A stretch of 64,000 nucleotides of DNA from Klebsormidium nitens. Lineage: Eukaryota; Plantae; Klebsormidiophyceae. The notes beneath the pieces were generated by a model. The model made no database searches. It was not told the origin of the DNA and worked only from the letters and a program-made list of their open reading frames with translations. Both the position numbers and the translations under genes were made by a program. The DNA lies in assembly GCA_000708835.1 (NCBI GenBank), contig DF236965.1:248001-312000 (forward strand). The letters run 5' to 3'. This document shows positions 46,001-56,100 of this stretch, one piece after another (the first letter of the stretch is position 1; the number at the start of each line of letters is the position of its first letter).

Positions 46001-48145
46001 TCTCACAACTGCCTCCTTTGGACCGTTTCAACGAGTCGACATTTCGCAAGTCAATGTAACGGGAGCATCTAATGGAGTTGTAGGTGAGATCTCAGGGTCA
46101 CGCCTTCATCAAGCTGGTTGTGCTATCTCCTCACATCCATGAAAGCCCTCTCCTGACAGACCCTGGCGCCAATAAACCCTAAAACCCAAAACCTCAACCC
46201 CCCTTATGCGCACAATCGAGGACCTTTCAGGCTTGCTCACCACTCTGATGTGCTTCTTCAGAGGAAGGGCTTCCCGTGTGATTCACAAAGCTGCCGGTGA
46301 CGTTCAACTGTTTCGTGGAACAGAGGTCAGGATGTCGAGCCGCATAACCCTAACCCTAAATAGTGGAATCCTAAAATAGGTCTGCTCACCTTGAGGCGCT
46401 CCTGCATCTTCCCCACGTTGACCATCTTTGCAATTGAAGTACACCGCACGCGCAGCACCGTGTCCACGAAATCGCCCTGCTGATTGCTGTGCTTCTTCAA
46501 ATGGAAGTCGGTGCCTGTGAGAACCATCAGCGGATGCTCGGGTCAAGAACCGAGTTACTGAAATGTGGGGACCCTCAAAGAATGAAAAAAGTGCATAAGC
46601 TGAGATGCCCACCACCTCGATGCGTGTATCTTTGGCGGGGGATCAACTGGAACAGAACGGGGCAGTATGAAAAGAAGTGACCCAGGAATGCAGATCTTTA
46701 AGCCAAGACTTTGAAAGCTGTGGCATAGATTGAAACAAGCAGAGAATTAGTGGAAAGCGACTTCTTGGCTGTGACTCCTCCGTCAAGAATCAGAGGTACC
46801 CTTCCCACATCCGCATCAAACACATTTTGTCCTCATTAAGGGGCTTAAGGGCGTCGTCATTGACTTAAGCTATCAAAACAAGAACCAATTCTAAGGTGCC
46901 TGAAGTTCATCCCACGCGCATCAATTAGTCGGCTAGATGCTTTTGGGGACAAGCCCGTGACTTGGAACTCTGCCCAATCGATGCATTTGAAAGACACCTG
47001 CGTGGATTGATTATTCAGCAGGCCAGCTATGAGCGGTCAGGCTGGACTCAATGCCATGCCCATTTTTGGAATATATCAAGAAGGACACCAGTGGTCAGAC
47101 GGAGGGAAAATGGCACTGATTTGAGCTCGACTTTGGGTGCCTGAATTTCAAAGAAAAATGAAGAAGTCTCGCGGCGATCCTGATTAAGAAACATGGGTGG
47201 TGAAAATCGTGTAAATATGCGAATGGAGCTCCTCTACTTAGATCTTTACTAAGGGAAATGAACCCTAAGACTGCATACCGACCATCATCGCCAACGGCAG
47301 AGAACGTTCAAGATTGGCGCTGCAAGGAGCAACCAGCCCACGCTCTCTTCGTTAAATCATGGTGCCCGTATACGACTATACAGATTCGCAGCTTTCTTTC
47401 ATTGATCCGGAACTTTAAGCACTTCTTGCAGCTCTTTTGTTCGCACTATCACAAGCTGCAGGTTTGTTAGCAGGGTGCGCTCTTCATTGTGGAGTAAGAT
47501 CAAGCTCCAGTAGGAGTCCTCAGGAGCTCAAGTCCTCAGATACTCCTCGAATAGCGGCTGAGTGATCGCCGCTATTTGATTTTCAAGGACATCAGAACTC
47601 AATATCTAGGGCGTCCAGCTTCTGAAAGCAGCAAGCCCACCTTTACAAGCCGATAAGTGCAGCTTCACAAAACCGCAGCTGATTCGCCCTCTTCAATGTC
47701 CAATCAAAGCAGCAGTTTCCCTTAATGTTGCACAATTATGCAGATGATTTCCACGCATTGTCAGGCTTGCGCAAAAGCCTATCCACTTACAATTCACCAC
47801 CAACTTCAATCAAGTCAGAACATCAGAATGCCACCCACCTATCCCGTTCAAATCATCGAGCTTGTTGAACAGCGCCGTCAGCAGAGCGGACCGCGCATCA
47901 CAGGCGAACTGAAATGTTTGGCGCCCCCGCCCGCCTACGTCATCCACGTCGAAGGAGAACTCGTACTTGTCCTCTCGGGACACAACAATATTCGTGATCT
48001 TCTCGTAAGCAATCTCCAGTCCCACCGGGTTCGCCCCCTGCCCCAAAATACTCAGAGAGATGCCATACTCAAGAATGCGAAGCAGCTTTGTGCTGTTCTT
48101 CGCCGGCCGCCCAGGCGGCCGCACAAAGAAGAGCTGGTAGTCCAT
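19025..48145 (-). CDS. RME8: RME-8/DNAJC13/GRV2-like endosomal protein, divergent; lacks J and GYF_2 domains, has SEA-like and polyproline C-terminal extension (~2,900 aa, 40 exons)
   Basis: Exons: 47839-48145, 46390-46514, 44347-44505, 43749-43832, 43153-43292, 42216-42438, 41260-41437, 40465-40703, 39431-39613, 38897-39040, 37851-38060, 36902-37030, 36292-36489, 35662-35859, 35010-35186, 34378-34622, 33307-34123, 32712-32896, 32188-32355, 31553-31730, 30788-31087, 30332-30419, 29795-30019, 29163-29268, 28540-28722, 27510-28150, 26875-27118, 26201-26485, 25708-25809, 25384-25460, 24967-25114, 24476-24623, 23823-24015, 23370-23542, 22413-22998, 21731-22049, 21119-21298, 20168-20304, 19551-19660, 19025-19196. 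All phases fit except one +1 shift in the polyproline exon. Collinear RME-8-like motifs include RDAFLAS, LVWNDLKRKEL, SILRLYLPSGL, DTPEVVWQPSM, LENKVYCAPLYL, AMWTAPVRAEL, LVWNKKTRE and MYLGGFYL. Confidence 0.85.
19945..20165 (+). repeat. Intronic TTCGGACG short-period repeat cluster next to a donor site
   Basis: Exact TTCGGACG at 20071, 20113, 20134 and 20155; near copies at 19949 and 20030. Confidence 0.85.
20255..20845 (-). repeat. Tandem ~135-bp units each copying the acceptor plus first ~45 nt of exon 20168-20304
   Basis: Acceptor AG at 20305 (true), 20442, 20575 and 20710; a partial fifth copy at about 20822-20841. Confidence 0.95.
21464..21643. repeat. Degenerate intronic tandem duplication (~113-bp period)
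   Basis: CCTTCCMGAACTTCG..GCCGGRAGCTACGAGSGTCAYAGAT at about 21464-21534 and 21577-21643. Confidence 0.75.
21731..22049 (-). repeat. Polyproline/glycine coding repeat (FH1-like), with apparent 1-nt frameshift at the C5 run 21931-21935
   Basis: Repeated GGPPPPPPPPGG units. The exon is 319 nt, one base more than the flanking phases allow. Confidence 0.85.
27560..27930 (-). repeat. Coding RRxS repeat array inside an RME-8-like exon
   Basis: DNRRDS..SSRRSS..DRRESLGQRESFGDRRESFGRRESFGRRDSLRRESLTRRESMGSRRGSY contains nine R-R-x-S motifs. Confidence 0.9.
37690..38500 (-). repeat. Echo copies flanking exon 37851-38060 (one donor-side, two acceptor-side)
   Basis: Donor echo at 37690-37735. Acceptor echoes with AG at 38281 and 38497 (true AG at 38061), spacing about 216-220 bp. 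Confidence 0.9.
39584..39985 (-). repeat. Two echo copies of the acceptor plus start of exon 39431-39613
   Basis: GTCAGCA..CAGCTYGTTC..GTTYYCC units at about 39584 (true), 39779 and 39943. Confidence 0.85.
41390..41860 (-). repeat. Four echo copies of the acceptor plus start of exon 41260-41437
   Basis: GTGTGA..GG.CACCAGCTG.CT.AGCAG..ACGCCTCGTACT units at about 41480, 41578, 41657 and 41821. Confidence 0.9.
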
Positions 48146-48579
48146 CCTGGTTGTTTGCGCCGACGGCTATCACTTCAGAATGCAGCTCATGATGCGCTGC
48201 GCACTTTACAAAGAAGGACTGCAGCTGCTGTGCAAAGCGAAGCGTCGGTCTTCGCCGGAGTTACAGATCTTTGAGTCACTGCAGATCAATCAAAGGCCAA
48301 GACCCAGAGGCCGAAATGCTCCGCATGCGGCAGCCATTGCTAGTTCCAAAATCAACCCATGACCAATTCAATCAATGATAATTATGATTGTGCAAGAACG
48401 AAGCCATGAATCATGATCGAAAAACTTGCAGCACCTACAGTAGCAGTCTGCTAGCCAAACGTGCTGAGTAGAGCCGCTGGCGCCGGTGTCAGAGCTCCAA
48501 TCTTCTTCCGTCTTGTTAGGAAGGGCTAATTCCGGGTTTAGCTGGTGCAGATCGTGAAAGCAGCGCGTAACGCTACCGG

Positions 48580-48900
48580 TTACTAGTACTAAAGCGTATT
48601 ACAGAGGATATCGAAGGTTCCGACCGTTTTGCCTTCGATGGCTCGCCCGGAATGTACGCTTCTCCATCCATGAAGTTGCCACGTTGGCACGTTCTAATGG
48701 CATGATGAACACCAATGAATGCGCGCGCATCAGTTCGGTGTTACCGATCGCCCGACTCGGACTCCACCGCGTTGCTGATCAGGTCGTAGCTGTACCTAAC
48801 TCAACTCCTGTACCTAGGTACCTAATGTACCAATGTATACGGTACTTCTTTTATAAGGCCGTAATATCGTAATACAGGGTAGGTAGGTACGGTGGCACAG
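48580..48900. other. Second GTAC-rich cluster, upstream of the RME-8-like start codon
   Basis: GTACCTA at 48792, 48810 and 48818; GTAGGTAC at 48883; six GTAC within about 48790-48890. Confidence 0.8.
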
Positions 48901-50118
48901 TCAAATAGGTATACGAACCTGCAGAGCCTGAGGTCCGGCTCAGGTTCGAATACCTTTCTTTCGAAGTTGGCAGCCCAACATTCAACACTTCACAGCTTCC
49001 AGCTGAACGCTTGGGACCAGGTATTTTTGCTTACTAAGAGTGACTGGAGGCCTAACATGATGACTGGAGGCAATGAGTTGCTCGAAATCAAAAGCGACTT
49101 TCTCGAGGAAACGGCAGTCTCCCGATAGTGATTGCAATGTAAGCGAAAGGAGCTAGCAGACGTAATAGTAGGATACGAAGAGACGTATTATTGTGGGGAG
49201 ACGTCTTATAACGTTTGCTTGCAGACACTTGAAAACGCGGCCTATGGTCAGATCGACCGACTTCTTTAGACGCGTGTACACTGCAAGATGTGGTCATGTG
49301 AACTTTCACAAACGACAGACAGCCTGAATGAGCCCATTAGTCATGGGTGCACACTGCAAATGTTTAAGTAACCTCGTTCGACCAGATCAACACGTTGCCA
49401 CGACTAATACAACACTGGTAGCAAACTTTCCCCATGCATAAAAAGATAGGCAGGTAGCCGATATTGGATCGCATGACAGATGCTAAGTAGCATGGGATAA
49501 GAGGGTCCTTTAAAATGTACAGAATAGCAAGGATCGATTGAAGCATGATCATATTCGACTTTGATGCAGCATGTGTGCAGTCTGCAAATCAAGAATCCAA
49601 TTCAATCATTCACCATGAAAGTGAGGACCACTCAACGCACTAACCTCGGAACTCCGAGACATGTGTCGGGTGCCTTCCTTTCAATCAGAGCTGCCAATCA
49701 GTGCACATTTACATGGTCGCCGCTGCAAGTTGAGCATAGCCATCTCACCACCTCAAACGTCGGTGTTAACAAACGGTTCGTCCCCTTCACGGACAGATCA
49801 AAGCATGTAGCTGACATGTTATATGACATGTTCGGTTCTTTTCTTCCAAATTACAATGCACCTCGTAAAGTCCTGGCACGTGTGTCACTTTTGTAACAAG
49901 TCGAAGCTACTCTTCGAGCATGAAAAGTTGCGCAACATTTTATGAATTAACGTTGCTTGTTGCCTCGATGCTGAGTTGATTGCATAACACCAACCACACC
50001 ATGGATAAACTCCTGCGCCACATCCCGTGGTTGGCTTTCGAACCATACGAGGACTACCTACCCAATTTAGCCAGGGCAAGTAGCAAGCGAGTTCACAAGC
50101 TCACTTACCTCTTCTGAT

Positions 50119-53100
50119 CTACTTTTTGCTTGTCGGCACTTTTCGTGGCCGGAACAACAGCGACGGATTTTCCGTCTCCGCTTCAACTGACGGAGACAAT
50201 TTCGGGGATCCCTTCAAGGTCGCCCCCTCCCGAGCTGAAATTATCTCCGGGAGACCCTTTCCTACGCCCGGATCCAACTTACTCGTACCGCCTCCGGGCT
50301 CTATACCCGGATTACCATTCTCACCGCTCAACTTTTGCGGACTTAGTCCGCTGCCCATCTGCCCGCCTTCGTCCGTTCCGCGTCCGGAGGCTTCGCCGGG
50401 CGCCTCAGGGAACGCCGTCCTCACGGGCACCGGGCTCGCGCGCGCGTCCCGCTTCTTGTCGCTGTGCGCCTTGCGCAGCGGCGCCGACGGCCCGGGTATC
50501 TCGAAGTCGTACACTTCCGGGGGTGACGTGTCCGGACGCACGTGGTGGTGTCCGTTCCCGGGGTGGTGTCCGTTTTCTGGGTGGTGTCCGTGGTGGTGGT
50601 CTGGTTCGTGGCTCTGGCCGTCGGGCAGCCGCGGAGAGCTGGGCTTGGAGCCGACCAGCCGTGCGGTTTGCGGGTTGGACTCGGAGATGGACTCCATCGA
50701 AGAGCGCCGGCGAACCATGTCGGGTCCCTCGAACGACCGCCGCTTAGAGTCTGCCGATCGCAAAACACGCGTCAGTCGAAGTACTTCGCATGCAATTGAT
50801 CAACAAGAGCTGAGATGGGCATCAACAAGATTGTAAGTTTAGGTGCCAATGTGCGATGATCCATCATGAGAGTCTGCAAGAATATTGAACGACGATGGAG
50901 CCCAGGTAGGCGACCGTCGACCAGTAATAAGAACCTCCTCGTTCCAATTTAGGTGGCTTTCTGAGAGCTCGGATCTAGTAAGGTTCCTGCATCAAATGAA
51001 TGTCAACAGAGAACGACACCAAGTGACTTCGGCATGACATCGAGGCGTACTGGAATTTCAGTTGCCAGTTCCGTATTGCTGCAAAAGTCGAAAGGTGTTC
51101 TAAAGGTTGATCCTTATCGGGCCTATCATAATCCTCAATCAGAAGCAAACCCGGCGGCTTCGGAGCTGGTCGTTATCGTTTCTAGCTGAAACATTTTCTT
51201 CTTTCTGCCCAAACCTCTTATGCACTGCGCCATTGGGTACGAATACGCACACCATAAAACTTTGGTCTTAACACTTAATAAGCAAGGAACCGTATCGAAT
51301 CGGTAACCTCGATCTGCTCGTTGCCCTTGGTTCCATGGGCTTGAGCTTCAATAAAACTTCGTTTCGGTTTAAGCGCTTTCGTCGTAGATTACCACATGTA
51401 GGCTGATGACTGGGGCCTTTCGAAAGCGTCAGGGGTCAAGAATACAACCAGGGTTCGGACGGCAACTCACTGAGCCTGTCCAGCATGGAGTCGGACGTCT
51501 CCGGGCTGGCGAGCCACTCGACAAGCAGGGTTGGATGGAAGTAGCCAAGGGCCGGCTCGTCCTCAGCGAGGATGCACCGCTCGGGCACCTCCGGGGGGTT
51601 CTCGACTGCGGTGAAAAGGAGGGGGGGGGATCGGAAAGAGCACAGATAGAACGCAGTTTTTGCTCGTTCTCTTGAAAGGACGTGTGAAAACGAAGCTTCT
51701 TCAACAGTCTGCCTAAGCTGCAGAGCCGCTGAAGACTCGGTGGTGGTCCTGACCGCAAGGATAGGGTTCGACTACAAGTAGGACTGGACTCGTCAGTCCT
51801 AGCACAACATTGTTCCGGGGATCTGCCCTGTCCAAAAACCCACGCAAAATTCACATGAACGGCATCCGCTCCGTTCACGACGATTCTCCTGCCGTACAAC
51901 TCAAAAACAAACCGCCCACTCACTTAGGTCGTCGAGGGAAGTGCTGACGTCAGCGAACGTCAGCGTCCGCAGCTCGTCCAGCAGCTCCTCGCCCTTGGCG
52001 TCCGCCAGTCCGCAGCCGAGCAGGTCGATGCGGCCCTGCTTGGGGCTGGCCAGCGAGTTGAGCGCGGCGCCCGCGTCGAAGCTCAAGAAATTGTGCCGGT
52101 TGCCGTCCAGGCACGCGGAGACGCGCACCCAGAATTGTTGCACGTCCTGCCAGAGCAAGTTTTGAAATTTGGCTTCTCAATCTGCAGGTTTGCTTTCGGC
52201 TCCGCCTCAGAGGTTGGGAGTATTTGACTAGTGCCTTGAGGCACGCGGAGACGTGCGCTGAAAATTGGGGAACGGCCTATCAGGGGTGCGGAGGAACTTG
52301 TATCTTGCTTCCCGCTCTGAGGTCTGCTTTTGGCGGCTTTTCTGTCTAGGCACGTGGAGACGCGCACCCAAAAGTGTTGCAGTTTCGGAACAAATTGTGA
52401 GAGTTTGCAGCTTGAAGGTTCTGCTTCTGGCAAATTCGAGATCTCGAAACTGACATTTCGGAGCTTGTGACTTTGCGGCAGTTGCCGGTCGGTCGCGCAA
52501 AGAAGGGCACCCAAGTCGGGTTCGAAGCTTTGGGTTTCCGATTGTTGTTTAGGGCTTGAGTCTAGCAGGTTTGAGATCCGTACCAAAGGCTTTGCATAGG
52601 TTTGAGATGCAGGATTCAGTCACCCCGCTCACACACAGACGCTGACTACACTCCAGCAGCTCCTTGTGAGACCTTCATTCAATCCAGGTTGAAGCAAGGA
52701 CTACTGTATCGGAAATACTTGATGGGCGGCAGCGACGCTTTTTGCGCCAGGTAATTTTCACATGAAACAGAGACACCGTTTCGAATGCAGAACCTTCCAG
52801 CTGATCCGAAACAGAAAAATCTCCGAGAATCAGTATGGCAGAAGGTCCGCTTACCGGCTTGATGAGGCTGGCGAGCGATGTGTGCCCTCCTCGAACGAGA
52901 CCAATAGCGCCCTTCTGCAAGACGGTAGAGGTAGGTAAGATAGCCGTTTGCTATTTGCAATCATTTCAGGTTTCGGGCCTGAGGCCACCTTTTTTGAAAT
53001 CTTATGCAGAGGCTGGGTGATAAAGCATGCATAAGAGATGGCCCAGACCTTGCTAAGCGCACAGGTTTTCAGCACAGAGAGCCTAGTTGGCGTCGACCGG

Positions 53101-56100
53101 GAAAAGCTGGGGGTTTGAGGAGCCGCCAGCCTGGCAGCTGAACCTGTGTTATGTCCTTGAGTTCAGCCTGGTGCTCGGAACAAGAGCGACGCACTGGTCT
53201 TAAGTGCCACGTGTGCTGTTTTGGATTGCATCCAAAGTCTCCACAGTTTTCGTTAAACGCCGACCCTTAGGAGCGGATAACTTTAAATTGGATTCAGCAT
53301 TTCGAACGTAGATCAAGAAACAATATTCCTGCAAGAGTATGCGACATATCCTCCGCGATGCAATGAATGACGTCACCACTGACTTTGGTGTTGTGGGAGA
53401 CAAGGGCGACGCCCTCGATGCTGCTGCCCTCCAGCCGCCGGTTCATGGCGGTGGTGATGTCATCCAGGGTCCACGTGGCCCAATCAAACTCGATCGCGTC
53501 TACGTCGTCCAGGGTGGCCGCCGCGAGCAGCGCCGCGTTCTTCACACGGGAGCTGATCAGAACGGCCCGCCTGCACGTGACGTCACCAGAGCTTGAGAGA
53601 GCTTGTCAAATGTTATTTATGCGCCTAGCAAACAAAGCAACCTTTTTCTCAATCTTTTCAAGTATATTGGGGCAGAATGCATTGCGCTGAAGGATTGGGT
53701 TCACCAGTCGGTGTTCCAATGCAGCGGTTGCTCGTCAGGCAGCTGTTCAAACGTGGGGCCTGCTGCTGTAAAGAAAGACGGTTCGGGGGCCTCGCATACT
53801 GCTGCAGGCGCTGTGCAAACGAGCTTCGTAACCGGAGCTGTGCCTTCCGTCCCCCTTGATTCGACCACCAAAACAGCTTACTATAATATCACTCCCAAGG
53901 AGGAGCGGGATACAACTGGGGAATGAGACAACAAGACTTACGTCCCATGCTTCAAAGAACCCATCGATTCTTTTCCTTCAGACGTTTCGCTCCAACTCCA
54001 TCTACCTGAAGTGACCGTGTATAGGAACGAGCTTTTCCCCTCAAAGCCAAAGGCAGAAGGCTTGGCCGATAGTAGAGCAGTATCTGAGACGTTGACCAGG
54101 CTCCATAGATACATTCGACAGCCCCACCTGTAGTGGCGCGGCACGCGCTGCGCCCCGGTGGGCCCTTCCTCCGGCCACCGCCAGTCGGCCTCCGAGACAG
54201 GTGGCCTGATTTGGGACAACGTCCCGCCCGCGTTTTCCGCCACCATCTCATCTTTCTCCGCCAACTCCAGGGAAACCGGTTTCGGCGCCCTGCGACTAGG
54301 AACATTCTCCAAAGGTCGGCGTTTCGTCCACTTCTTGTTCTTCGGGGACGGCGCCCCGATCTGGTCGCCCTCTTCGGACCGGACGGACCCCGGGAGGAGC
54401 TGCTCGTCTGGCTCGGCCTCGGCGACCAATGGCGGCCCGTCTTCCGCTTCGCTCGAGCGCCGCTTGGCGCGCTCGTCGGCGCCGGAACCGAAGCCAGCTC
54501 TAGAAAAGAGAAAGTGTATGTGGTCAGAAGGATGGTGATATGGTAACAGCGTTCTTCTGGGTGCACAGGCAATCTGCCAGAGGCTGTTGGGGCGTTGTTG
54601 AATGGATGAGCAGGGTGAGAATTTGTGCGGTTCTGCGACTTACATTCCCAGAATCAGCTTGCTTGATCTGCAAGGTCAAATTAAACCGCGGGCATACCTC
54701 TTTACCTCTATAGAAAATACCTTCCTCCTCACCAAAGACTTCATGATGCCCCTCCTCATGATCGTACAAATAGTGCAAACGAAACCTGAGCGTAGATTTG
54801 AACTCATCAACTCACCGCCGTGGCGCTTGCGCCGGCTTCCCGACCTCCGTGCTCCCGGTTGATCCAGCCCCGGGCCTCCGGTCCGCGCCCGCCCCTGACG
54901 ACGCTGCCGACCGGGGCTCTGAACCGGGCACCGAACCCGCACCACTGCTGCCCGGAAAAAGCGCACCGTCGGGCACCGACTCACCCGCTGGGAGCATGCC
55001 CAACGCCTCGGCCATGACGTCACCCTGCAGCGGCTCTCCGTCGTCCAGGGACTCCTCTTTCTCCCCCTGCTCGCACCAGTAACCCTTCCACTGGTCAAGG
55101 CTTAACCCGAACCCGATCAGACCCACTTCCTTGTTCTCTTGGAGGGCGCCGATCTCGCTGAGGACCATTCCGGCCGCGTAGAGTCCGCTCAGTCCGTTCT
55201 TGACGGGTGCGCGGAGGACGTCCGGTTTGGAGCGGACGGACATAGAGACGGCGCTGCGGGCGACGGTGAGCAGGTCCGGCTGGGCCTTTTGCTGCACCGC
55301 GGCGTCCTCCTGGCGCTTGAACCACCTGAGGAAGTCAGGCAGGCGACAGGTCAGAATGTTTTAGGGTTTTAAGGATTTAGGCGAGGGCGAAAATTACGGA
55401 CGATGGTACGTTCTGGGGTGCCAGTTGTCGGAAAAAGTGAGGCGGCGGGTTGGATAGGCGAAAAGGAGGGCGAGAGCAACGGTGTGAGGCTGGAAACGCC
55501 AGAGAAGAGGAGGAGAAAAAAGAGGGAGGAAACAGAGTTCGGCAAGATAGTCCGATTAGTCGGTGAGAAACTGCATGAACTGAAGCCCGAGGGAGATGAG
55601 TGCAAGCTTGTGATGCAAAGTTTTCAAATGTACTGTATCATCAAGAGGTATGTATCTGAACAATTTTGGCCAGATATGGAACCCCCAGAGGCAGCGCACT
55701 GAAGTCGTTTCTGGAGCTGATTACCAAGTCTAGTAGTCATGCTCGCCACAGTCCCTCCGTTGTTAGACTGCAAATCAATTTGACGCACAGCATCGTTTCG
55801 AAGGCACGGATCTTGACGGACACTTGAAATGGCGTTTCTGCGCCTCACTTGACCGCGTCCGCATAGACCTCGAACGCCTCCGTGTCCCGCTCTTGGTCCA
55901 GCAGCGACTGCACCATCCAATGCACCGCGGGCGCCAGCCCCAAATCACTCTCCAGCGCCAGCGCAAACAGTTCCTCCGCTTCTAAGAACCGCCCCTGAGC
56001 CCACTCCACGACTCCCAGCCCGCACGTCGCCTCCGCGCACTCTGGTTCAATCTCCAAAGCCGCCAGGTATTTCTCTCCGGCCGCTTTCACCTTGCCCTCC

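Noticed and set aside
14258-48145. Functional chaperone cluster (HSP20 next to a DNAJC13 homologue)
   Set aside because: The neighbour lacks its J domain, the genes are convergent, and eukaryotic adjacency alone is weak evidence.
50126-50836. Long plus-strand ORFs antisense to GC-rich exons (also 25695-26588, 27824-28240 and 8757-9227)
   Set aside because: They are shadow ORFs expected opposite GC-rich coding sequence, with no independent motifs.
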